From NCBI RefSeq assembly GCF_009914755.1, contig NC_060926.1: a stretch of 64,000 bases of DNA, one strand, 5' to 3'. The position numbers and the translations under genes were made by a program. Numbering within the stretch: the stretch's first letter is position 1; the number at the start of each line of letters is the position of its first letter. This document shows, piece by piece, positions 13,701-26,440 of the stretch. The notes below the pieces were generated by a model, which saw only the letters and a program-made list of their open reading frames with translations, had not been told where the DNA came from and did no database searches. Source of the stretch: the human T2T-CHM13v2.0 reference genome, Homo sapiens.

Positions 13701-14437
13701 GATATCCATAAAGCTATGAGCCAAGAAAGTAAGCAGAGATGCACTCAATTCCCTATAATCTATTCCCTTGAGATAACGCACCAATTTCTCTTCCAGGTAC
13801 CTTATTGCAAAGAAGTTGAAAATTTCAAAGGTTTCATCAATGACTCTTTATTTCCTTCAAGAAGACACAAAGGTTATTTTCAAAAGGTTAAAACAACAGA
13901 TTGATGTACTCTGTTACTGTAGTAAAGTCCACTAGAACAAATATTTGCCACACTAAAGTGACTAGTGGAGGGATTAGCACAAAATATTGCAAATATTTCT
14001 ACAGAGCTTCCCTTGCCAAAATAAAACATTGGGTTCTCTGCCCTAGGTGCTTGCAAAATCATTGTGAAGTGCATTGATAATGCAGAATTTGGGGAAATTT
14101 TTCTCTCAATATTGAAATAATTGTATAAACAGGTGTCCTACCCGATAGAAATATAAATAAATATCTCAGTTACACTAGTTTATACTTATATTGCATTTAT
14201 GGTTTAGAAAAATCTGGTCATTATACAAAAGCTATATATGGACCATGTGCCACTCTACTAACTCATTTGAAAATAACATGTAGTAAGCTGTGAGAGTTAA
14301 ACAACTCTTTATTTTGCCTATACTGGCTTAAAAATTAATCTCAAAAATGAGATGGAACCCCCACCTCTGACACATTCATCATTCTTGTTGTTATTGTTGT
14401 TGTTTCTCTTGTAGTCCTCAGGGAATGCATGTGAGCA

Positions 14438-14438
<1 letters not shown>

Positions 14439-14468
<30 letters not shown>

Positions 14469-14482
14469 GCACACACACACAC
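14439..14482. repeat. (CA)n microsatellite
   Basis: gcacacacacacacacacacacacacacatgcacacacacacac. Confidence 0.95.
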
Positions 14483-16794
14483 GTTCCTTATACACACAAT
14501 ATACTTTGCTTAGAGGGTCTTATTCTTTCTCTTTGCCAACATACAGCTTCATCTATGTTTTTTTTTTTTTTTTTAAGAACCATTTTTATTTAACACAATT
14601 TGTTTAATTAATGTGATTTCAGATGGCTTGAGGATAAGTGAACACATTTAGGTGGTATAGAGGGAAGATAATTTCAGGCTTGGGAGCCCAGTAAACACAC
14701 AGAACAACATTGCTCAGGAGATTGTTCACAAGCTAGTTGCCCTTGCCTTTCATTACTTAACCCAAAGAATTTTTAAAAATTCTTAGGTTTTTCAAAAGGA
14801 CCTCTATGCTGTTTCTTAAGTTTTTCTCTTTTTCTCCCATGACATCATTAGTGCCATTGAAGGTACGACAGTGTTAAGTCACCTTACTCTTTTTTTACTC
14901 CTCCCTCCATCTTGCAGCTTATACATGACAATAAGTGTTCATTGTTTAATAATGTTTAAATATGCAATACCATTTCTATGTTGAGGTGTGTACTTTCCAG
15001 AGCATATTGAAATGCAGTGATGTGTAACAAAACTTACCTTCTGTGATTATTAATACATAAACATATCTGAAGACCATAGTAAATAATTATTATAATCTAA
15101 GGTGTGGCCAACATATTTGAGAAAACAGGAATTTAATAAGATATTCTCTTCAGTTCCATGGAAGAAGTTGTAGCGATTTTTTGTTAATGGAATCTCATTA
15201 TTCTTTTGTATCATAAGAAGTAAATGTAGTGTAGAGACATGAAAGAAATAAGCTCTGAATAGGCCTGAAGGAGTTAGAGCAACTTCGCCAATTCCTAACC
15301 TGATCAATTCCCAAGAAAGCAAGAAGAGAAATACCAAGCACTAGTCTTTATGCTAAAGACCAGGTGGAAACCAGAGTGAATGGTAGAATTTATTATCCCT
15401 ACTTTACAGGCCATGGGAAGAAGACCCTGGAAATTTCACTACCTTGCTCCTGGTAATTTAACTGGTGAATGGAGATTAGAGGTTTGAACCTAGTTAGGTT
15501 TGACAAATAGGCTTGTGTTTTTTACCTCACTTGGAGTGTCCCAGTGGAGTGACCCAGAGGGCCAGATTTGGCCAAGTGTGCACTTAACTGGCCTAAGGCA
15601 CTGGGGGATTTAACAAATGGATAGCCAGTTAGGGACTAACCTCACATATCTATAGGGAATCATTATAATATTCAAATTGTGGGGATTTTCTTGGAAATAA
15701 AGTTAAAAATGGGATACTCTTTGTTTTCCCTCTGTACCCTGTGGAACTCCGGAGTTCTGCAGAGGGAGGTTAGGAGCTCCTACTGAGGCTAACATGGTGG
15801 CCAAAGAGGTAGCACTGGGACCCCACCCCTGCTATTGTCTAAAGGTCCACTCTTATCTTTTTTGATACATTAGGAATCTGCATAAGACTTTATTTATATA
15901 ATTAAAAAATAATGTTTTAAACCCAAGAATTTTTATGACTCAGATCTTTGAGCATATTAAAGATACTTGAGAAATAGTTTGATCCAGACCATAATTTACA
16001 TAAAGTTGCAATTTTTGCATGACATCCAAAGGCCCTTAAAGTCAAGACATCAAGTCACTGATGAGACTAGGACTCAATATAAACCTGATTTATGCTCAAT
16101 TTTTCAAACAGTAAGAAAGTATGAATTACTAATTATATACCTTTATGCTCCAGTTAATGTAATAAAAGATAATGTGTATAAGTTTGCTTTCATATACACC
16201 ATTGAGATTGCTTATTCAAGGGACTGTATTAATGATTCAAAGGGCAGTTTTTTATTGATTTGAATTTTTCTACATTATATGCAAGTTATATCTGATAAGA
16301 CAGTAGTTCTTTATTTAATTTTAACCTAACAAAGTCTATTGTGAAGCGGAAAACACTGTTTTTGAGATTTTAGTTCTTTTCAGAATTGTTCAGGACAATG
16401 CTTATATTATGAGAATATATCTGGTTAGATCCATTGAACTAGAATTTCCAGGAGTAGGAAGCAGAAAACTGTACTGTAAAATCATGCCTAGGAGGTCTTG
16501 AATAATCAATCAGATTGGAAACCACTGATGTGCCCTATTTGATTTTCAGATGTGAAAGGCTTCTTTGCAAGGAGATTATTTTATTTTTATATAAAGCTAC
16601 CTAATTTTTTAAGATACCATACCTTAGGTCCAGCTCAGTCATGTTTTCCAGACATAAAGTGAAGTGCAGCTGGGAGACAGAAGCAGTATCCGTGGCAGGC
16701 CTCCATTTACACAGAGCCCATAAGAATGGCACAGCACCCAGTGAGTCTGACATGCCTGGGGGCTCTGCTGCTCCTCTTACCCACCCTCACATGA

Positions 16795-16895
16795 AGATGT
16801 CTCATTCATCTTTACATCCCCAGTCCTTAGCACAGTATCTGGCACATTTTAGATACTCAACACATGTGTGTTGGTTATAAGAAATAATTAATGAG
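16795..16895 (+). mobile_element. L2 3' terminus
   Basis: 'tcattcatctttacatccccagtccttagcacagtatctggcacattttagatactcaac' matches the L2 3' end. Confidence 0.7.
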
Positions 16896-17699
16896 GACAT
16901 CATTCAAGTTCAGTGGTAAGAAACTCTCATCAAGACTTCAGTTTTTGTCCCCTTTTAATTTAACCCAATTGCTTCTTAATTTTCAGAAATTGTTTTATCT
17001 CTCTCTTTTTTTTAGGTTCCACAATAGCATTTGACTTTCTTCTCCTAACTTTAATTTGATATCTTCCTATAGTTTCCATTTCTCAGATTCCCTCCTTCAT
17101 CTTCTCTTACAGGCACAGCCAATCAACCATCCATCCTCTCCTCAACCTTCCAGAAGACTGTGAGTCCTGAGAGCATAGAAACTCTCCTGATGTTGCTCCC
17201 AGACCGTGACCCGTGCTGGCAAAGCTTCTATTCCCATGTGGCTGCATGTTTCATAAGGAGAGCTACTAAAATGCAGGAAAGCACAAAGTCTTAATTGCTT
17301 GCTAGTGGGCACTCAGCCAACACGCTGTTAGCAGAATGAAATCCAATCTTAGAGAAAAAGTGCTGAACCTCGGCTCTGGATCGCCCAAGCCCCATATGGA
17401 TTGCGTGTGTTTTGGGGGAAGATTTGGATATGGCAGTCTTTTTTTTCACTCTTTTGAATGGGAATGTCAATCTATGGGTTACTAGAACATTTTATTCTTA
17501 ATATAATAATCCCAGCTGCAAAACAACATTAAGAGGGAACACTGCACCTCTTCTCCCCACTTATGACATGGACAATTAATACATTCTCATTTTTTGTGCT
17601 TCTCTGAAAATACTACTTTCAATGCAATTTCCAACCAAATTGTTACTTTGAAGAATTCATACATAGTCATTCTGAAACATCCCTGCCTTGTTCTGTTGT

Positions 17700-17865
17700 T
17701 TGCTATTTGATCTTTGATAATTAATCTCCCTAAATCTCAGTTGACTTATCTTTATAATGGGAAAAATAAAAATGCTTTCCTGACAGGGATGCTGTGAAGA
17801 CTCAATGAGATTCAAAGCTCTTGGCAGTGTGTGGCACAAACAATAATGTCCAATATATGTTAACT
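17700..17865 (+). mobile_element. MIR
   Basis: 'ttaatctccctaaatctcagttgacttatctttataatgggaaaaataa...gtgaagactcaatgaga...cagtgtgtggcaca'. Confidence 0.7.
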
Positions 17866-18343
17866 CCTAATTTTATTGCTAAAAATAATAGTCTAATAGA
17901 TTTCTCACTGTGAGAAATCTCAATATATAGCATAAAATATTTGGCCCCATACGTTTTGGTGTTTGGGGCTTTGACAGGTTTTCTTTGATCTGTCACATGA
18001 TATATTTCTATATTTCACATGACATATTTGATATATTTCTATAGTATCCATTTTTTCTAAAATGATTAAAAACCTCTCTTCACATAAACATTACATGAGA
18101 CAAAAAAACAAACAAGTAATATGTAGAGAAATATTGGACACTACACTTCTTCTGTAAATTTTAATATGAATGCCATGCTCCAAAACATAAGCTCTGGATC
18201 TCTGTCTAAATCCTAAAATGCTGAAAATCTCCCATCAGAGTTAGATGATGATGACAGGGTTGAACATGAATTTTATTTGATCCAAAGTACTTCAGAGAAT
18301 GTGACATTAGACTAATTACTGAAATTTAAGGGTGTTAGGATAA

Positions 18344-18660
<317 letters not shown>

Positions 18661-21164
18661 AAGTTTGCAACTTACTTTGGATAACAGTCCATCCCTGAAG
18701 TTTGTAATAATTATTTGTCACACAGGTGTCTGCAAAGGATTGTTCCCGATGATACAGACCCAAACCCATCAATACCAAATCTGTCAGTCCTCTCTCCTAG
18801 GAGTTTTAGAATGTTATGCAAATGAGATATCTTTTGCCTCACCTTAATATCCCAGAATTCTCTAAAGAGCATGAAGATTATACTCTTCATGGGATATATT
18901 TTATTATTTTTTATTATAGTGAATTAAAACTCCAAAGAAGCAATGTCAGTGGTGTCTGTGGTCAGTTTCTATAATATTAATCTGTTGGTTGATGTAGCAG
19001 TTTTTAGCACAGAGAGATCTCATCCCAGAACTCTCGTTAATATCAGATACTCATCCACATAAGTACTACGTCCAACATTAAAAATTACCTTTGTCATTTT
19101 CTTGGTAAACAATAAGAGCTAGATTTGATGATAAAGACATCATCCATATGGTAATTTGATATCTCCAAAAATCAGGGTAGGCCATTTAAATTGCTAAGTT
19201 CAATAAAGCACCATTAAAGATATCTTATTCCCCTGCTCCCCAACCAATTCTGCACCCCAGGAAAGGGTTACCAAGAAAGCCTGAATGCTGTGTCTTGTTT
19301 AAGTTTGAATCAGATATGGCTCCATTTATTTCTTCAAAAAATGGTAAGAATTAATTAATATTAATCTATAATCACATTGATGGAAAAATTAATGGAAATT
19401 TTAATAAAAATATAACCTTAACAGGATTTGAAGGTGTCCTTTAGAATATAAAGCTAACACTTTATCCACCAAGCAATGAATCCTCTGGTACCAGCTGATG
19501 AAATTATAAAAATTAGCTGCAGGATTGTTCTTCTTTTGTTCTCTATGTATCAAAAGTTTTGAGAATCAAAAAGAAAAAGACATTAAAAATTAAAGTAAAT
19601 TTAGAAATTCAATAAGCTTACTCATTATCTCTATTTCTTTAGAACATACATTTTTGGGGCGAGTTGATGTGGTTGTTTATTCAAACAGACTTAATTTTCT
19701 TTCTTAACCTATCAACACTTTGGTTTGTGTTTTTACACTTATAGTTTCATAAAAGACTTGATAAACTTACATGAATAGGTCAACTTTTTAAAATTATTCA
19801 AGTTGGGAGAAATATACAATGACGAATAGGTGTTTGGCACATTAAATGTTTTTGCTTAAGGAAAAATGTATATATGCAGAAAATTAGTGCAATATTAAAA
19901 TCACAATTACCAATGTTAAGCATGCATTTTCTGAAATATCAATAGTCTCATTCCTTTTCTCTGTTTACTATATACTATGTAATATTTAGCAAAGCAACTT
20001 ATACATAGTGCTAAGAGCTTATAGAAAAATGAAAATTTGATCTTTTAAAATATTTGTTGAATGTTTATAACATTACATACTGTGAAAAGTACAGAATTAC
20101 ATACACTATTATTTTTGTCATTGTACTTCTTTAGTGCTTATCAATATTTCAATGCCAGTATGGGATGTTGAAAGCTATTTTTCTTGGCATTATGTTAGCC
20201 AGAAATCCTTATCAGAAGACACTTCTTCATAGCTATTCTTCATAACTATGGAATAATGATAACTTAGCTTTATAGTGATAACCCTAAAGCAAACAAAATA
20301 TCCTGAAATCCCTTTTGAATTATCAAAGAAAAACGATTAAATAATATGAGAAAAATATAGTAATAAGTAGACTTTTATTACATTCTACTAATTTGAAAAT
20401 TGATAATTCACATATTTATGGTTACTCTTCGCAAAGCAGAATTTTTGATTAACTAAAATGATGAGTTCCTGACTACACCTAATGACAGAATTGACAGTCT
20501 TAGCATGATAATTAGATCCAGTGGTGGACACTCACAAAGATGAAGAAGCAGGGATACTGACTTCTTTTCTGTTTATTATTGCAATTCGAATCATGTTTAT
20601 AACCAGTGATGTGGCAAATAATCTTGTCCCTTTCTTCCTTCCAACTACTCGATTTCCTAGAACCAGCCTCTTTATTCTAAAAGCATAAGATGAGAAAAGT
20701 AACTATAAAAAACACAGATACCAGGAGGGAGCAGCTTTTGTCATGAAGTATTCCTTAGTTGAGATATTTTCTTTAACACTGGGCAAAAATGATCTCAAAG
20801 CTGCAGACCTGCAGGAGCCCATGACCTAATGGGGACCTGCAGAAGCCAATTCCCCTCCTTAACAAAAGACTTGAGGCCTTTGTCTTAAAGATGTCTCCTT
20901 ATATCAATATTATTTAACCCTTAATATTTCCCATCTTATTTTCTTGCTGACTACATAAGATGTATAAAATAATATTGTAGATGCAAAATGCTTACCCACT
21001 GTAACTGTGCCAGCAAATTAAAACAAACATTCATTTATGAGAAAAATGCATACCTTGTATCTGAAAACTAATAAAAACTGATATATATAAGGACAAACAA
21101 TAATTGGTTCAAAGAATATGTGTACTTTCAAGACTTCATTCCTTTATAACAATAATTCCCATTT

Positions 21165-21327
21165 GGGAGGCATTTTTCTGTTGTCACAAATCTGAGAGGC
21201 AGGTACTAGCTTATAGTCAGTAGAGGCTGCCAATGCAGCAAAATATCCTACAATGCACAGGACAGCCCACGCAACAAAGAATGATCCACCATAGAAAGTT
21301 CAATATTACTGAGGCCAAGAAATCCTG
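21165..21327 (+). mobile_element. MER20 (hAT-Charlie) partial
   Basis: 'catttttctgttgtcacaa...gtagaggctgccaatgcagcaaaatatcctacaatgcacaggacagccc...caacaaagaatgatcc...gagg ccaagaaatcctg'. Confidence 0.8.
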
Positions 21328-23159
21328 CTTTATATCCAGTGAAATTGGACTAAATCCCATTTAATGTGACTAATCTCAAATTCTCTGTTTAACTTATTTA
21401 ATAAATTCAGATAAAAACATATGTGTATATACATATATATACACACATAATACAACACGTCTTCAAAATGAAAGAGCTTATGTGCTACTTATTTTGAGTG
21501 TAATATCGCTCTGCCTAAGAGCACACAAATCCACCAGAAACAGTTGTTCTATGTTCTCCACTGTCAGCACTCTACTACAGATACCCCATCTGGTGCGGTC
21601 TGATATGGATAATAATGGTGGAGTGTTCTTGCTGTCTTGACTGTAGTCATTACTGTGATGTTATTTTAGGACTAAGTAGTGTTTGCCCATTGGACCATAA
21701 AACTGTGTCATGTAAATACAGGTTTTAGAGCACACAATAGTCTGTCCATGTGTAGACATATGCAGAAAAAAAAAGCCTCATAAAATGCCTTTTAATAGTA
21801 TTTGTTGGGCATGTGAAGTAATTCCTTTTCAAAGTTAAATCACTTGGAAAAAAAGAAGCTTCTCTTTTCAAAGACCCCGTAAGTAATTATACTGCATTAT
21901 ACATCACTCATATGTCAATGTAAATTTTGTTGTTAAATGGAAGGAGTTTTGAATGACATGGTACCAAGCGAGTGTCTGACATTAACCAAACCTTTTATTT
22001 ATTTATTTACTCTCACCTGAGTTGCTCTTTGAAATTGAATTGGGGGTAGAGGGTTAGTATTTATGTAGCCAGCAACCTTATATTTGACACTTTATCCTAG
22101 AATTAAATTCTGAACACCAAAATAACTCACAGAAATGAAATTCCAAATGAAAACAACTTTCACAAAAGACATCCTTAACAGTGAAGCCAGTTTCTCAGTA
22201 GATATTATGTCTATATTGACAGCAAAAAATAAAATAAAGTGGGTACTATTAAAGGTCACAACAGTATTTTAAAATCTTCTATACATTGAATCCTACCTAG
22301 AAGTGTGTAATTATATTATGGATGTTTGAAGTCTATGTTTGGTTGACATTTTTTTCATTAGCTGTAACAGTGATGAATATTTCCCTCAGATCAGCTTTTG
22401 ATAATGATAGAGAATGAAATTTATAGTTATATATGAGGTAACTGTCCAAATTGGATGAAGCAACTTGATGCTACACAGAGCAATCAGAGTTACTAAAATG
22501 GTGGGTGGGCTGTAGATGCTTAGATGCTTCTCAAAACAAATTACCTTCACAGTCTGAATAAAAATCTCACAAAATGGACTTTATTTTCATCATGGTATTC
22601 ACAGACATTTTAAGATTGAGAAACAACTCCAGATAATTACTGAAATTTTATTCTTTCAAAAATAAAGCGGGCAAATATTCTTAAGTGTTCATTAAACTCA
22701 CCTATTATTTGATTCCAACATTTGAAGAAATGTGTGGGAATTTTAGATAGATAGGAAGATTTTTTCTTTCTTTTTCAGATTTTTCTGCATCATTTAAAAT
22801 ATAGCTGAATCCACTTTAGTAAGAGTCAAGTTTACATTTGACTTCATCAACTGATGTTTAGATCAAATCAGCAACTACATCAAAATCATTACTCAATTTT
22901 ATTCTGTAGGTGTTTAAATAGAAAAGAAAAAGTGATTTGAATATGACTTTATCTGACAATGGTGACATAGTCCTAGTTACAAGAAATACTGACCAGTTTC
23001 AAGAGTTTCTGTAATATGCATATTTTTAAAAAATTTTATGTTGTCACACAAGAAAAGATTATGGATGAAAATGTGACCAAATCATTTTTAGGGACCTACT
23101 CAACAATATGAGTGTTTACATGCCTCCAAATGGATCTTTTTGCATTAAAAAAAGTACCA

Positions 23160-23400
23160 ATCAGTGAGAGCTGAGATTGTGGATTCTAAAACAAGACTGT
23201 CTAATTAAATTCCAGTCTACAACTTATTGCTGTGCATTTTTAGACAAGTTCAGTAACCATCTGTGATTTGGTTTTCTCATCTCTGAAATGGTTATAATAA
23301 TAGTACCTCCTTCATAGGATGGTTACAAGGATTAAATAAGTTAATATATATAAAGAGTTTCGAACAGTGCCTGGCATATAGCACCACTATATGAGTTCAT
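23160..23400 (+). mobile_element. MIR, near full length
   Basis: 'gttttctcatctctgaaatggttataataatagtacctccttcataggatggttacaaggattaaataagttaatatatataaagag...aacagtgcctggcatatag'. Confidence 0.9.
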
Positions 23401-24124
23401 TGTTTGAAAATATTCCTAACATTTTTTTTCTTCATTTGAAGAAGAAATGCATAATCCTTGAATAGAAACATAATTCACTCGTGTGTACTTGTTATGTGGA
23501 CCAGAGTCAGTGACCACCAGCAATGTGAGATTTAGCTATAAATGTATTTCCTCTAAGTCAGTGAAAACACAAGCCTTTGCTAAGAGACCTGGAAAATTAA
23601 ATTTAATGCTAAAATCACAGTGAAGTTTTCCAAAATAAGCCTTAAGTAACCTTAAGTTTTACTTCATAGGATTTCTATGTGATAGGTTTGGTTTGAACAT
23701 ATAATAATACAAACAAGTGCAAGGGTACATAAGAGAAAAAAATCACAAATGATTTTCAGTTTACAAAGTTCCACTCAAGGTATAAGGCCATACATAAATA
23801 TTAGACTTGTATATATTTGCTTCCATGTGATTTAATACATCAAATACACTTTCTTTTCCATCACCAACTTTCCTTGTCTAATAGTGCTTTACCACAGATT
23901 AGATGTCAATTGGTCTGGCTGTAAAATCATTTGAACAATATTATCTCAATTTTGTCTGATGTGCATGGGTAAGACCTAATACCTAATAATGAATGGATCT
24001 CTCATAACAGCTGAGATCCTTTTAGGATTTGATTAGAGTTAAGCTGCAAAATCTCTTGATATCAAATAGCATCCCAGCAGTCAGAACCTAGCAGACTCAG
24101 CTTTAGCATGACCTGCAACTTCAT

Positions 24125-25620
24125 CTTAAGCCACTTCCTCTTTTGCTTTCTATTCTCCAGCCACACTGGCCACTCTTTAGTTTCTCAAGTGAACTAATTT
24201 CCATCTTTCCACAGAGACTTAAAACAAATACCATTTCAACTGCCTGGAACATTTTTCCTCCATCTTTTCACCCACTCAACATGTCTCCACTGGGATATAA
24301 TTTGAGTTGCCATTTTTTTAACCCTTTAAAAATGATTGTCTTCTTATTAGGTTGTCTTATGCTTTCCTGCATTTTTTTGTGTAACAGTAATTGAATCTTG
24401 TAGTTTATGATTTCTTTCAAATCTTCTTCCCCAGCATATCCTAACTTCCATGGGGACCTAGACCTTTGTATTTCTCATTTCTGCATGCCATTGAAATAAC
24501 ACTGATGCACTCACCTCAACAAAATGTGTATTGACATCCTTGTCTTTTCTTCTAAGTTCTTGACTAATTTCATATTGTCTGCTCAACAGTTCTACTGAAC
24601 ATGGCTCAGACTGAACTCTTGACCTGCTCAATCCCACTTGGTTTATCCTCTACTCTCCCTATCTCTTACAAAGGGTCCCTCCATCTACCTATTGGTCACA
24701 CCAGAAATCATCTGGAAGCCATCTTTGATACCTCTCTTTTTCTCACCGTCCAATTCTAAACCATCACTAGGTCTTGTCTTCTTTATTATCAAATGCATGT
24801 AAGTATGTCCACATCTCTTTTCCTCCACAACTGCCACACGTATTATTCAGAGGCCTGCCGGGAAAGAGTAACCTGCTCAAAGTAAGTAACGTGAAGAGGG
24901 AGTTTAATAAAAACATATTTAAAAGATATAATTAGGTTTGAGGAAAACAAAAAGAAATACTTCAAGACCTCAAGGCTAGGAGCAACAGGGAACTATAACA
25001 ATTTAGGCTAAAGGGACAATGGAAGGGAACAGTTACTGGAAACTAGACAGGATAGTCTGATGGTAAGAACTGTCTGAGATAAGGTGTTGCCTTTGAGAGA
25101 GGGACTAGAAAAGTTGAAGCAAGGAAAGAGCAGGGGGAATAAATATCCCAACTCATTCTGCTGCCACTCTCCTTTCTCAGGCTGGTATCTCCCACTAGCT
25201 CAACAAAATTGGAAGTTGAAAGACAAAAGAGCAGTTTTTATGCCATTCATGATTGTCAGCATTTTGGAGTCTGATTACCTTGTCTACTGCAGTTGCCTTA
25301 TAATTGGGTTTCCAGCTTTCTCTCTCACCAAAACCAATCCTTAAATCCATTCTGCACACAGTAGTCAGAGTTCCCTTCTTAGGATGAAATCTGTATTAAG
25401 TTCTTCTGATTAAAGTGTCTTGATTATTATTTATTTCTGTATGTTCCAAACTCCCCATTTTAAATTTGTAAAACTTTTATGCAAAAATAAATTGTCTTAA
25501 CTTTTTTTCCTTACTAGAGTGAGCTCTGTGAAGGCAGGCATCATCTATGATCATCTCTGAGTCCCCTATCAATGTGACTAGAATAAGCACTAAATAAATA
25601 TTGGATGAATTAATGAATTT
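24125..25620 (+). mobile_element. L2 fragments, with an ancient LTR-like insert at ~24840-25260
   Basis: L2 segments include 'ctccagccacactggcc...tgcctggaacattttt', 'catctttgatacctctctttttctcacc' and the 3' end 'tagagtgagctctgtgaaggcagg...taaataaatattggatgaattaatgaat'. The internal segment begins 'gtattattcagagg...gagtttaataaa'. Confidence 0.65.
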
Positions 25621-26049
25621 CAGAAGATAGATTTATAGCTTTAAAAGCTTCCCAGGTAATTCTACTGGTCCAGATTTTCGAAAGGATTATTGGAATGATT
25701 AATCTTCAAATGCCCTAGATTATGAAAAAAAAGAATTAGGATAATTAATCCTAAATCATGGAATTCACTCATTATATGTTAATTAAGAACTCAAGATGTG
25801 TTCATAAAATGTGTTGCTTTGCCCAAGGCTGACTACGTCTTTTTTTTTTTCCTTGAGTTTTTTAATCCTTTTAAATATCAAATTTAACCTTGATTAGGCC
25901 AACCAAGTATGTCTTCCTTTTTAAAGCTCAAACATGAACGACTTTATGGTGAATCTACTCACATCTAATCTTGCATTTGAGGAGAGGAAATATTTCCCAA
26001 GGAAGTGCTTTAGTGTATTCTCATTATTGGATACTATAGAAGAACAAAT

Positions 26050-26440
26050 TATTTTCTACAATTTAAACATTTACTATTTTGTATATTTCAGCAGTTCTAT
26101 AGGAATATGGTCATTTTCATTGAGTAGTTTAAAGTTAAATTACTTTTCTTTGGCTCATAGGCCTTTGAGATTCTACATACCTGGCTCTGATCTTTTTCTG
26201 TTTCATTTCTGATAAAGTTTCTTTAATATCTTGTTTCCATTTCATTGGAAATGAGGCCAATATTTTCTCATTTGTACTCAGATGTTTATATACATTTGAT
26301 GTGCATCTGCCTGTTGCAGTACTGAAGTAATTCCATTTCTGTGACACATTTTTTTAACACCACTTTTGCCAAATAATTCTATTTTAAAATCTACTATTTT
26401 ATAGATAAGTAATTAATAATAATAAATTACTCAGCTAAAT
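26050..26440 (-). repeat. Dispersed repeat copy A (probable hAT-Charlie DNA transposon relic)
   Basis: Directly alignable to 62170-62560, with shared blocks ttctacatacctgg, ttcatttctgataaa, aggccaatattttct, tcagatgtttat and gcatctgcctgt. The family assignment is an inference. Confidence 0.7.
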
